From assembly GCF_006345805.1 (NCBI RefSeq), contig NC_042997.1, positions 74,772,001 to 74,836,000 of the forward strand: DNA of 64,000 nucleotides. Direction: 5' to 3'. The position numbers were made by a program, and so were the translations under genes. Numbering within the stretch: position 1 is the first letter of the stretch; every line of letters starts with the position of its first letter. Shown in pieces: positions 25,266 through 38,024 of this stretch. Source of the stretch: Octopus sinensis. Taxonomy: Eukaryota. The notes under the pieces are model-generated. The model searched no databases. It had not been told where the DNA came from and was given only the letters and a program-made list of their open reading frames with translations.

Positions 25266-26260
25266 GGTGGTGAAACAGGATGGTGTTTTTGCCGGTTTTG
25301 ATGATCTCTAAGGGGATGTCATCTGTTCCCGGAGCCTTGTTACTTGCTAGGGACTCAATAGCCTTGGTGAGCTCTGCTATAGATGGCAGACTGTCAAGTT
25401 CGCACATGACTGGCAAGATTTTGACACCCTCGATTGCAGCCTCAGCTACCGTGTTCTCCCGTGAGTAGAGATCCTGGTAGTACTCCACCCATCTATCCAT
25501 TTGCTTGCTTTGGTCCTTGATGAGATCTCCAGTAGTTGATTTCAGAGGGGCTGACTTGGTTGCGGATGGACCAAGGGCCTTCTTCAAACCGGCATACATC
25601 CCACAGGTGTCACCACTGTCAGCAGCTGACTGGATCTCTGACAGATTTCCTGCCAATACCTGGCAGTCAGTTGGGTTTTATTTCTTGCCTTTCTGAGTTC
25701 TTCGAGTGACTTTGTAGAAGAATCACTCTTGTATTGCATCAGACCTGCACGCTTTGCTTCGATAACTGTTTCCCGCTCCGAGAGCCCAGCATTGAACCAA
25801 TCGGGATTTTGCCTTTCTCTCATGCTGAAGGTATCTATTGATGTGGTATACAAAGCTTCCCTGATATAATTCCACCTACTTTCAGCAGAGGAGGTTGGAC
25901 AGCTACTGAGGGCAAGCTTGATAGAAACAGCAAAACATTGTTGCAGTGTAGGGTCCGAGGTTCTAGCAGCATTAATGCGTGGTCAGCCCATTTTCTTGGA
26001 GTGATGGACATTTTTAGGCAGAATCCTCACCCTATTTCTTATTAGTGAATGATCTGTGTCACAATCCGTGCTGCGGTAACTACATGTCAGTTAACAGAAT
26101 TCAGAAAGGATCTTCGTGTAATGATGAGATCCAGCTGATGCCAGTGGTGAGATCTTGGATGTCTCCAAGATGCCTTGTGGGATGTCTTGTTGACGAAGAA
26201 TGTGTTAGTATGTGCAAAATTCAAGTAGTCTCTAACCATTGTCATTCATGTTGCCAATAC
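25266..26260 (-). mobile_element. Second RTE-type LINE family fragment (EN-RT linker)
   Basis: NPDWF...IQSAADSGD..GMYAGLKKALGP...RWVEYYQDLYS...NKAPGTDDIPLEI. Confidence 0.85.
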
Positions 26261-26294
26261 CAAAACACATACATTTACATATATACATACATAC

Positions 26295-26325
<31 letters not shown>

Positions 26326-26336
26326 ATATATATATA

Positions 26337-26383
<47 letters not shown>

Positions 26384-26629
26384 TGATTTGTTTCAGTTCC
26401 TGTCTATGAAATCATATATATGTATGTATACACACACACAAAGACAAATTGAAAGATACAACTGAGTGGGCAAGCAGAAATATGAGACACTGCTTAGTGC
26501 TTTTTTTATGTTGATAAGCCTGGTACTTATTCTATCAGTTTCTTCTTGTGAAACCAGTAATTTATGGGGATGTAAGTAAACTAACACCAGTTATGAAGAG
26601 GTGATGAGGGAGAAACACAAAGACACACA

Positions 26630-29600
26630 CATCATCATCATCATCATTGTTTAACGTCCGTTCTCCATGCTAGCATGGGTTAGACGGTTCAACCTTTGAT
26701 CTGGGAAGCCAGAAGGCTGCACCAGGCTCCAGTCTGATCTGCCAGTGTTTCTACAGCTAGATGCCCTTCCTAACGCCAACTCCGAGAATGTAGTGGGTGT
26801 TCTCTACGTGCCACTGGCACAGGTACAAGGTGAGGCTGGCAACGGCCATGATCGGATCGGTGCTTTTTACGTGCCACCAGCACGGAAGCCAGTCAAGGCG
26901 GGGCTGGCATCGGCCACGTTCGGATGGTGCTTTTTACGTGCCACCGGCACGGAAGCCAGTCTAGTTGGCGCTGGCATCGGCCACGTTCAGATGGTGCTTT
27001 TTACGTGCCACCAGCACAGGTTTCACAACTGCAGTTTCCATTGATCTTTGATGTTGGTGTCCTTGACTCAATGGATCTCCTCAAGCACAGAGTCAAAATG
27101 GTGTTTCTTTACTTGCCACCTGCACAGGAGTCAGTCCAGCGGCCCTCGCAACTGCCAGGTGCCAGTCATAGGATTGGTTCAATTTCGAATTCGCTTGCCT
27201 CAACAGGTCTTTGTGTGTCCAAGGAAGGAAAGTCATGCATAAGTGGGCTGGCTACATCCCTGGCAAGGGACACGGGATGACTCACTTGTCCTGCCTGGTC
27301 TTCTCACGTACAAAATATTTCCAAAGGTCTCGGTCGCTGGTCATTTCCTCATTGAGGCCTAAAGTTCGAAGGTCGTGCTTCACCACCTCGTCCCAGGTTT
27401 TCCTGGGTCTACCTCTTCCATGGGTTCCCTCAACTGCTAGGGATTAGCACTTTTTCACACACCTATCTTCATCCATTCTCGCCACATGACCATACCAGCG
27501 CAATCGTCTCTCTTGCACACCACAGCTGATGCCTCTTAGGTCCAACTTTTCTCTCAAGGTACTTACTCTGTCGAGTGTGTACACTGACATTACACATCCA
27601 TCGGAGCATACTGGCTTCATTCCTCATGAGCTTACGCATGTCCTCAGTAGTCACGGCCCAGGTCTCTGACCTTTGCCCAGGCTATTCTTACTCTAGCAGT
27701 TACACTTTCAGCACACCCATCTCTGCTACTGACTTGGTCACCTAGATAACAGAAGCTATCAACTTCTTCTAGTTTTTCCCCCCGGAAAGTGATGGAAGTT
27801 GTTTTCTGCAGATTTTCAGTGTTTATTGCTCCTGAGCATCTGCCACATACAAAAACTATCTTCCCAGTTAGCCTTCCTTTGACATTGCTGCACCTCTTAT
27901 GTGTCCATAGCTTACACTGGGTACATCTTATAGAGTTTCTACCTATGCCTTTTCTACAGATCGAGCAGGGCCATCTACCTGAAGGCATTTGTGGTTTATC
28001 TACCTTCCTGCTTATTAGGACTTTGGTTTTAGCTAGGTTGATTCTAATCCTTGTTTCCACACTTGAAACTTCTCCTCTAGTTCTGATAGTAACTCAGCAA
28101 TTAGAGCATGGTCATCAGCATAAAGGAGCTCCTGTCTTGAATTCCTCCATTATTGCCTGGAGGACTATGATAAATAGGAGGGGGTCAAGGACTGAACCCT
28201 GGTGGATCCCAACCTCTACCTTGAATTCTTCAGTGTACTCATTGCCAACCCTCACCTTACTTACAGCGTCCCTGTACATGGCTTGCACAGCTCTCACTAG
28301 CCATTCATCTATACCTAGTTTCCTCATTGACCACCAGATAAGAGATCGGGGGACCCTGTCAAAGGCTTTCTCCATGTCAACGAAAGCCAGGTACAGGGGC
28401 TTATCTTTGGCTAGGTATTTCTCCTGCAGCTGTCTCACCAGAAATGTGGTATCAGTGGTGCTTTTCCCTGGCACGAAACCAAACTGCATCTCGTCCAAGT
28501 TGACTCTCTCCCTAATCAATTGGGCTATGACCTTCTCCGTAACCTTCATTACCTGATCCAACAGCTTGATACCTCTGTAATTATTTGTATCTAGGGCGTC
28601 ACCTTTACCTTTGTAGCAGTTGACTATTATGCTGCTACACCAGTCATTGGGTATGACTCCTTCGTGTATCACCTGGGTAACTATACGGGTGACTAGGCTA
28701 TAGCCGACACTGCCAGATATTTTCAGCATCTCTACGCTAATTCCTGATGGGCTTGGGGCATTCCTTGTCTTCATGCTTCTAATTTCCTTAACTACCACAG
28801 AACTGTCAACTCCGACAGCTGGTCCCTTTGTTGTGTCGACATTCGGCAGACTCTCTTTATCCCATTCATTTGCATTATTCAGTGACCTTTCATAGTGGCA
28901 TCTCCAAGCCTCTCTCTTTGCATCCTCATTTAGCGCAAGTGAACCATCATCCATGCGAACACATTTCTCTCCTACCACATCACGATTCTCTCTCACACAC
29001 TGTCTTGCAACATGAAATACCTCAAGTCTTTGGTCCTCACGGCGCAGAACATTGGCAAATTTTTTCTTATCTGCTTCCCCTCTGGCTAAATAAACCTGTC
29101 TCCTAGCTTCCCTTCTGGCAGTCTGATACAGTTCCCTGCTACCTCCGTTCTTCCAAGCCTCTTTCTTTTGTCTAATAGCCCTGTCAACCACATTGTTCCA
29201 CCACCACGTTACCTTGGGTCAAGTGGGGACTTTGCACCAGCCACAGATCTGGTCAGTGGCTCTCAGCAGGTTGTCCAGTAGAAACCTCCAGTTGTCTTCC
29301 ACATTATGTGATGCTATATCCCCCTCTATTTCATCAGAGGCTTCAAGTAATACGTTTCTAAATCTCTGCCCATTTGCAGGACATTTAAGTTTCCAGACCC
29401 TTCTCCTCCAGACTGGTCTTCTTCTGGGCATCCATTCAGCCCTGATCCTGAAGTCGCTAACAACTAATCTATGTTGAGTAGTACATTCTTCGCCTGGGAA
29501 GGTTTTGGCATTTATAAGCAGCCCTCTTTCCCTTTTTCTGGCAAGGATATAGTCAATTTGGCTAGTGTGTCTGCCAGAATGATAGATGACTAGGTGACGG

Positions 29601-30810
29601 GCGGCTTTCCTGAAGTTGGTATTGCAAACCATAAGATTATCACCAGCCACAAAGAGAAGGTCTCTGTCATTCGTCAATGAGGTAGTCAGCAATAGGGTGT
29701 TATAGAATCGGTCTTTCTGCCACTCTGGTAGCCCTGGCTGAGGGGCATAGGCCGAGATAATGGTAACTGACCTATGGTGAAGCACTAATCTAATCTTAAG
29801 TACTCTGTCACTTACTCTGACTACCGATTACTTTATCAACCCATTTCTCCGCAAGAAGTATACCCACACCCCCGATCCCGTCAGTGTTCCCTGCCCAGAA
29901 AATCTTGTACCTGTTTTCTTTGCCTGTGAGGAACCTAGTGGAACCTCCTCTCCACCTTACTTCTTGGATGCAGCACAAATCTACACGTCTCCGCTCAAGC
30001 ATCTCAACAATCTCACCAGACCTACCTTTCAGTGTGCCAACTCTGAGGGCGTTGGAGGTTTGGGCCTGTGAGACCCTGGGATGAGGGACAGCAGTGTCAT
30101 GTACCTGAAAAGAAAGCTCGCATTTGACAGAATTCATTAGAAACACTAGACTACAACCTACGGACACTACACTATTTTCATGCGCTAGATGATCAAATAG
30201 ACCCTATATAGGGGTGGGGTGGCATTTGGCCCTTAGAAGACATAGGTTAGCGACTTCCGGTTAAGATTAGGGACTTCCGATTAAGGTGGAGGGAGTGGGA
30301 GGGCGGGGGTACCGCGAACTGAGAAGTCAAAATTTTCCTTATCTTGGCATCTTCTGAGATCCGTGTTCCATCAGCAGAGGGATTGAAAATCGAGTAGGGG
30401 AAAAACAGGGCTTGCACTTGTTTATAGAGTTAAGGTTAAGGGGGGAAGTGTTGGTGTAACAGTTGGTAAATTGAAGCAAGATAGAGAGAGAGAAAGGGGT
30501 CAAGCAGTAAATACACCACAAGGGAGAAGGAGGAAATTCTTAGGGGGTTCTCGGTAAGATAAATTAATGGGACAGCAAATGCCGAAATCCTGAGATAGAA
30601 TTGAAAAATATTTTGAGATTTTGGGAAACATAATTTGAAGAAACAGCAGTGGTAAATCGGAGAGGGAGACAATGAGACAGAGAGAGAGAGGTCAGAGCTG
30701 GGTGGTCAGGCAGTAAATACGAGCGAGGAAGAAATTCTTTCGGATTTTGGGCAAGTTTAGACTAGAGCATCGTCTTCTGCCCTTGTAAACTATGGTTAAA
30801 GAAATTTAGT
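26630..30810 (-). mobile_element. Near full-length RTE LINE (APE + RT, putative ~640-bp 5' UTR), disrupted
   Basis: APE motifs DLCCIQEVRWRG, SAYAPQ, SQIDYIL; RT QGSVLDPLLF; (GAT)n tail at 26630; flanked on both sides by halves of one SINE; frameshifts and deletions. Confidence 0.92.
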
Positions 30811-30829
30811 ATATACATACATATACATA

Positions 30830-31010
30830 CAATTGATTTCTTTCAGTTTCTGTCTACAAAATCCACTGACAAGGCTTTGGTTGGTCTGAGGCTATAGCAG
30901 AAGACACATGCCAAGTTACTTCACAGTGGGACTGAACTGAGGACCATGTGTTTTGGAACGAAGTTTGTTACCACACAGCCACATCTGCACCTATGTATGT
31001 GTGTATGTGT
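30830..31010 (-). mobile_element. tRNA-derived SINE 5' half (3' half at about 26440-26630)
   Basis: Same family as 42246-42549 and 47581-47980, interrupted by the RTE. Confidence 0.7.
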
Positions 31011-31255
31011 GTGTGTGTGTATGTATCTATGGGTGTATATATGTATGCATGTATATATGTGTACATGTTACATGTATATCTATATATATATATATATATA
31101 CATCTAGACATACAGGTATACACATACATCATCATCATCATCATCATCATTTAACGTCCGCTTTCCATGCTAGCATGTATATCTATAGAAATACATCTAT
31201 ACATACACAGCTATACATATACATGTATACATATACAGCTATATATATACGTGTG

Positions 31256-31292
<37 letters not shown>

Positions 31293-31335
31293 CCATATAT
31301 ATATACATGTATATATACATCCATATACATACAAT

Positions 31336-31567
31336 AGAGAGATGTTTTTGTTTCATTTTTAACACGTAATACTGAAATAGTGGAGAAGATATGATACTGC
31401 TATGGGCTCGCCCTAGGCAAGAACTTAAACATTTATTTTGCCCATGACACTACATGGACTCTAAATAAGGCATGTGTAAAATTTGAATGAAATTGGTTGT
31501 GTAGTTCTCAAGTTTTAGGGATTAACACAGACAGACAGACACACATTCTCAGTTTTATATATATAGA
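31336..31567 (-). mobile_element. Helitron-like family D copy
   Basis: Homologous to 17080-17308. Confidence 0.5.
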
Positions 31568-31649
31568 TTGAGTGTGCTGGGGTTGGAAAAGATATAGGAT
31601 AGTAAAAGAGGGTGCGGAATGGGAAGAAATTGTGAGAGAGTGTGTGTGT

Positions 31650-32078
31650 GCCTGTGTATCTGAAAGAAGTGTCAATGGAAAAGAGAAGGAAAGAAAGGTA
31701 GAGAGAAAGAAGAAAAAGATGTGTTTACATTGATGCAGCTGGACAGTTCTTTCAATAGAAAGTGAATCTTGGCCTTTAGAAATGGCAAAACCAGGTGGTT
31801 ACTCCAAGGGGAGTTTCAGATCTTGTTTTGATACAAGTTATTTTTCAAAAAATTGTCTGAATTTCTTTTCATCATTGTCCAGTGATATCTGAAAGGAGTG
31901 TCAATGAAAAAGAGAAGGAAAGAAAGAAGGAAGAAAGGAAGAAGAAAAAATTGTGTTATCTATACAGCTGTTCACTTCTTTCAATCCAATGTTTGATTCC
32001 CTTGCTGGTATGGGTTGGAGAATCTGGATGTAAGATTGTTTCTATTTATGTATATGCACATGTGTATACATATGTATA

Positions 32079-32128
<50 letters not shown>

Positions 32129-34030
32129 TGTTTAATACAATTTACTTTACAAAATTGGTCCTTCATCCAGTACAAATCATTACAAAAATATTTTCAGCCA
32201 TTCAGTTTGGGGGAGAACTTTGTTATGAAGTATTTTTCCATATTTTTCTTGAAGGAGGTGTCATTCCTTGGGCATTTAAAGAAGGAAAAGATCTTAAATT
32301 TTCTTTCTCCACGTGTATCTAAGTGTTTACTCGGTGGAATTATTTGCAGTTCCTCCTGTCAGACATGTTGTCGGTGAATTCTGGCTCGTTGGTATAAAGA
32401 ATCTCCAGTTTCACCTATATAATTTTCCTTGCAGGTTATGTAGTATATTACGTTCTGCGTCTTGCAATTCATGTCTGTATTTACTTTGAATGTGTGACCA
32501 CTCTTAAATTTTATTTGTTTGTTTCCCTCTATATATTTGTAGATGGGGTTACTGCAGATCCCACATCTACCATCTCCACACTCTTTTACTGAGAATTCGA
32601 GAATTCGATTTTTGTCTCTGATGAGAATTTCGCTCATTAGTTGTTTCTTCAGGTTTTTGTCTTGGCGTTTACTCTTTTTTATGCAATATTTGTTTAATAT
32701 GTTTCCCATTTTGGGGCTTTTTAGGACTATTGGTAAGTTTGAATGTATGATTTGAAACATGTTGGTAACTCCAGGGTTGTGTGTGTTTATGAAAGGGGTG
32801 ATGTTTTCTTTGTTTTTCGTTTTTGGAGTTCTGAGTTGTGTGATGTCCAGTTTCGTTGCTCTTGAGATTCTGTTTTTCTATTAATTTGAGTGGGTATTTC
32901 TGTTCTAGTAGGAAGATTTTAAGTTCATTTAGTCTTATTTGGTGTGTTTGTGAGTTGCTTACTATGCTGCATATGCATCTTGCCATACTATATGGAATGT
33001 TTCTTTTTATGTGGGATGGATGGCAAGAGTAGAAATTTAAATATTGGTGTGTGTTGGGTTTTTTTGTAGTAGATGTCTATTGTGATGGAGTTGTGTATCT
33101 TGATGTTGATGTCCAGGAAGGGAAGTTCATTGTGGCTGGTATCTATCGTGAAGTTGATAGAGGGGTGCAGTGTGTTGAGGATGTTGTGGAATGTTCATAG
33201 ATCTTCTTCTGATTTGTTCCAAAAGATGAAACAGTCATCAAGGTAACATTTCCACTTTTTCTTGATATCTTCTCTGAAGTCGTGTTCGAAGACTTTCCCT
33301 ATTTCATCGTATAGTTTGTTCTCAAGGAAACCCATCACCAGGTTGGCATATGAAGATGTGAATTGTGTACCCATAGCCCTGCTCTTTATCTGTCAGTATG
33401 TCTTGTTAAATGAGAATGGGTGGCTTTGGTGATAAAGTCTATTTTGAAACATTTATCAATGAGTTCCCTATATTTTTCTACCCATTTTTTTATCAATTCC
33501 GGACACAGGAAGTGTGGTATGTTCATGTATAAGTTTGTGACATTGAAGCTTGCAAGTATGGTGTTTTCCAGAACCGTATTTGGAATGTGTGGGAGGAAGT
33601 CTATGTCATCCCTTATGTTGCTTGGTATCAGTGGGTTAAAGGTTTGAGGAGCACATCTATGAAGTGGCTTAGTTGTTGGCACCTGGGGCCCTGTCACTAT
33701 TGGTCTCATTATGAGGTCTGTGGGCCATTGTATATTTATATAATGGCTCCTCTGTTCCTTTATGGCTCTCTGTATTTTAGAGCTTTTATGAACTTTAGGT
33801 AATCCATAAAAGTTGCTTTCTTTGGTTCTTGAGTTGCATAAATAGTCTTTCTCCTTGTCTGAAACCCCCCTTGGAGTAGCCACATGGTTTTGCCATTTCT
33901 AAAGGCCAAGAATCACTTTCTATTGAAAGGACTGACCAGCTGTATAGAAGTAAACACATTTTTTCTTCTTTCTCTCTTCCTTCGTCCTTTCCTTCTCTTT
34001 TCCATTGACACTCCTTTCAGATACACACAC
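31650..34030 (-). mobile_element. Penelope-like element (RT + GIY-YIG) with inverted terminal copies
   Basis: SNFYGLPKVHK, MRPIV, SFNVTNLYMNIPH, AMGTQ; ECGDGRCGIC...NVIYYITCKENYIGETG; 31655-31850 is an inverted copy of 33850-34025. Confidence 0.9.
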
Positions 34031-34299
34031 TCACACACGCACTCTCTCTCACTTTCTCCCCATTCCTCATCCTCATTTACAATCCTATATCTCTCTCCAC
34101 CCCTACAAACTCAATAATACGAAAAGAGATGAATCTCCTTAAAAAAATTCAATCTGAAGAATCCACTAGACTGGATGCCAGCACTAATATATGACGTATG
34201 AAAACATGTGACATATTAATAAAAACCTGTAAATATAAAACCATCCACATTTCTGAGTTCTTTTAATATATAATACCTGTTAATCATCTCCAAACCTTC

Positions 34300-34343
34300 T
34301 AATATATATATATAATTTAGATATAGTATATAATATAATATAG

Positions 34344-34396
<53 letters not shown>

Positions 34397-34405
34397 GTGT
34401 GTGTA

Positions 34406-34448
<43 letters not shown>

Positions 34449-34489
34449 AGATATATAGTATATAAATATATAATAGTATATATGTGTGG

Positions 34490-34521
<32 letters not shown>

Positions 34522-34584
34522 AGATATATAGTATATAAATATATATATAGTATATATATATGTAGTATATATATTATATATATA

Positions 34585-34631
<47 letters not shown>

Positions 34632-34837
34632 ATTTAAATGTTATTATATATATATATATAGATATATAGGTATATATATATATATGTAGTATATTATATA
34701 TATATATATATATATGTAGTATATATATATATATAATATATATAATTTAGATATATAGTATATAAATATATTATAGTGTATATATATATTATATCTATAT
34801 ATATATGTAGTATATATATATATATGTAGTTATATAT

Positions 34838-34879
<42 letters not shown>

Positions 34880-34927
34880 ATATATATATAATTTAGATAT
34901 ATAGTATATAAATATATATATAGTATA
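34300..34927. repeat. (TA)n array with interspersed AATTTAGATATATAGTATATAAAT units
   Basis: Direct inspection; the same unit recurs at 39.2-40.9 kb. Confidence 0.9.
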
Positions 34928-35400
34928 TCTCTTATTATAAAAGGCAGATTTTATCTGCCTCCCTTTGTCAGTTATAGAAATCTACAATATAGGATTTCTT
35001 CAATTACAATTTACCTAGCATTTTAAGAGTAGAATGCATCGAGTCATGCCAGGTCCAGTTTTTTAAAATTAAACTCCAATAAGCAAAATTTACAGAAAAC
35101 TCACATTCTGGTGGTGTATGTCAAATGCTTTTCTTAATGTTGTTTACACCCACACACACGCACACACACAGTGTGCAACGAATAAAATGAAAGTAATTCA
35201 CTGGGTGTTGTTTGACAGGTAGACAATAGAATACGATGGCGATGGCGATGTAATATTTGTTTCTGTCTATCACGCTGATAGATACATGAGTAAAATGTAT
35301 GGCAAGCTAAGAGATAAGAGTGAGTGAAAATGTTCTTGGAAGAGAGTAAATAGCGAGAGTGATTTGAGGAAGACTTTACATTAAATAACCGTAGTGGCTT
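34928..35400 (+). mobile_element. Helitron family A, 5' fragment
   Basis: A|TCTCTTATTATAAAAGGCAG start; matches the 5' ends of the complete copies at 48-52 kb. Confidence 0.8.
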
Positions 35401-35419
35401 GTATATATATATATATACA

Positions 35420-35695
35420 TACATAAGACAGTAAAGTGTGATTTGAGGGAGATTTGGCTGCTATTTCTACCATGTCTAGCTGCCATGTAGGGGTCTCCCT
35501 CATAGGCTCATACATACATATATATACATAGATAAGACAGTAAGGTGTGATTTGGGGGAAATTTGGCTGCTATTTCTACCAGGTCTAGCTACCAAGTAGA
35601 GGTCCCCCTCATTGGCTCATATATATATACATACATAAGACAGTAAGGTGTGATTTGAGGGAGGTTTGGCTGCTGTTTCTACCAGGTCTGTTAGG
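35420..35695. repeat. Three tandem ~110-125 bp diverged units
   Basis: AAGACAGTAAGGTGTGATTTGAGGGAGATTTGGCTGCTATTTCTACCAGGTCT repeated three times. Confidence 0.85.
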
Positions 35696-36009
35696 CCTTC
35701 TCATGTAAACTCAAGCTTCCTCATGCCTTGAACATAAGACCAAAGCAGAGAATGTATTCTTTTATTCTTCTGCTTTCTCCAGCCATTGGTCTGTGGCCAT
35801 GCTGGGGCAATGCCTTGAAGAATTGTGTTTATGAATATCAACTCCAGTTTTATTTTTGTAAGCATTGTACTTATTCTATCTGTTCCTTTGTCAAACCACT
35901 AGGTGACAGGGATGTAAACAAACCAACATTCGTTGTCAAGCAGTGGTGGAGGACAATCACAAGCACAGACACGCACACCACACACACATACATGCATACA
36001 CATATACAC

Positions 36010-36040
<31 letters not shown>

Positions 36041-36062
36041 TATATATGTGTGTATATATATA

Positions 36063-36321
36063 TTGCAGCGTGGAAGGTGTTTGTAAGCCATTTAAGAAAC
36101 ACACAAAAACCGTTAGATTCACTTCAACATTTAAATTTAATTTGCCAAAATGTGTTCCTCGCTTTGAGACCGCGACCTGTTCACTGACAAAAATATCGTG
36201 CTAACAGGTCGCGGTCTCAAAGCGACGAAAATATTTTGACAAATTAAATTTAAATGTTGAAGTGAATCTAACGGTTTTTGTGTGTTTCTTAAATGGCTTA
36301 TAAACACCTTCAACGCTGCAA
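36063..36321. repeat. Near-perfect palindrome (119-bp arms, 21-nt spacer) containing a variant hammerhead-like motif
   Basis: Arms 36063-36181 and 36203-36321, embedded in (TA)n; no ORF. Confidence 0.9.
36141..36243. ncRNA. Reconstructed hammerhead with G3:C8 core (split between the two palindrome arms)
   Basis: Two-arm consensus UUUGUCA-GUGAACA-G-GUCGC(GGUCUCAAA)GCGAC-GAAA-AUAU-UU-UGACAAA; neither arm is intact on its own. Confidence 0.5.
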
Positions 36322-36495
36322 CTGTTTTCGTTCCAGCACACGATCTCAGATCAAGTCACTGCTATGCAAGTACATCTTTGTAACTATATATATATTTATT
36401 ATATATTATATATATATATATATATATGTATATTGGTAAAAACAGTAAGATAACAAAAGAAGAAAGAGACCTCAATATTATGTAAATAGAGGAAA

Positions 36496-36888
36496 TCTTT
36501 ATATATAAAAGTGAGGTTGTGTGTCTGTCTCCTACGATTTAGATTCCTAACTACTCCCACATTTTGCGGTGCAGTTTAACCAAACCGGGTATCTTATAGT
36601 CGTGATCCATATCGAGACCGTCTGGGTATTAGCGCGCGTCTACGATGAGTCTACGATTTAAAAAAAAATTTACCATCAATTTTTCCCATTTTTAATCCAT
36701 TTTTGACATATATAAGGGAAGTAACTCTCTAAAATTTATTATTAAATCTCAGAACGTAAAAAGCTACAGTAACACCCCTCCCCCTTTCTGGTTAGCCATA
36801 TTGAGATGGCTATTATACTTTACATCTCTAAAAATGCTTATATAATTATTTCCCTTACAAACCCGAGCAACGCCGGACGATACTGCTA

Positions 36889-36889
<1 letters not shown>
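36496..36889 (+). mobile_element. Helitron family B, complete non-autonomous copy
   Basis: A|TC start; 3' hairpin CCCGAGCAACGCCGG followed by CTAG|T. Confidence 0.85.
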
Positions 36890-36923
<34 letters not shown>

Positions 36924-36929
36924 ATTTAT

Positions 36930-37367
36930 TTAATGTAAAGTCTTCCTCAAATCACTCTCGCTATTTATTCTCTTCCAAGAACATTTTCACTCACTATTAT
37001 CTCTTAGCTTCCCATACATTTTACTCAGCGTCATTGACAGAAACAAATATTACATCACCATCGCATTCTATTTTCTACCTGTCAACACACAGTGAATTAG
37101 TTTCACTTTATTCGTTGCACACTGTGTGTGTGCGTTTGCGTGTGCTGTAAACCAGACTAAGAAAAGCATTTGACATACACACCAGAATGTGAGTTTTCTG
37201 TAAATTTTGCTTAATTGGAGTTTAAATTTTAAAAACTGGACCTGGCATGACCCGATGCATTCTACTCTTAAAAATGCTAGGTAAATTGTAATTGAAGAAA
37301 TCCTATATTGTAGATTTCTATAACTGACAAAGGGAGGCAGATAAAATCTGCCTTTTATAATAAGAGA
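36930..37367 (-). mobile_element. Helitron family A, 5' fragment
   Basis: Reverse copy of 34928-35400. Confidence 0.8.
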
Positions 37368-37380
37368 TATATATATATAA

Positions 37381-38009
37381 CTAGCAGTATCGCCCGGCGT
37401 TGCTCGGGTTTGTAAGGGAAATAACTATATAAGCATTTTTAGAGAGTTATAGCCAAAAAATAGCAAAAAATGCATTAAAAATGGAAAAAATATGATGGTA
37501 AATTTTTTTAAAATCGTTGACTCATCGTAGACTTTTTAGAGAGTTACTTCCCTTATATAATAGCGAAAAATGCATTAAAATGGAAGAAAAACGATGGTAA
37601 ATTTTTTTTTAAATCGTAGACTCATGTAGACGCTTTCTTAGCCATTTCTGTTTTGGTGTCTTCAAGCCATGAAGTCGTTGTTCTAAAAGAACACTGGTCT
37701 CCTTGACAACGCATTACGACGTTGATTTCCTTACACTCCCTTCCCCACAGGTGCAGGTGAGCGTGGCCGCCAACTCCCCGCCATCGACACACGAAAAATT
37801 ATGCATTAAAATGGAATAAAAAATGATGTTAAATTATTTTTAAAATCGTAGACTCATCGTAGACGCGCGCTAATATTCAGACGGGCTCGATATGAATCAC
37901 GACTATAAGCTACCCGAATTTGGTTAAACTGTACCGCAAAATGTGGGAGTAGTAGGAATCTAAATCGAAGGGGACAGACACTCACACAACTACAGTTTAT
38001 ATATATAGA
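37381..38009 (-). mobile_element. Helitron family B copy
   Basis: TC start, hairpin + CTAG end; homologous to 36496-36889 with an internal duplication or insertion. Confidence 0.8.
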
Positions 38010-38024
38010 TATACATAGCGCAGT

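Noticed and set aside
26800-27030. Regularly spaced ~60-bp repeats resembling a CRISPR array (also 17.5, 39.9, 56.5 kb)
   Set aside because: The 'spacers' are homologous to each other, the arrays are part of the RTE 3' UTR, and there are no cas genes in this eukaryotic context.
30600-30810. GGGCAG...TTGCCC stem near the RTE 5' end as a possible HDV-like ribozyme
   Set aside because: The nested double pseudoknot could not be fitted by eye; needs a computational motif search.
31655-34025. Three UUGAAAG...CAGCUG-UA-UAG motifs (about 31740, 31965, 33925)
   Set aside because: Stem II and/or GAAA are missing in each copy; treated only as HHR remnants.
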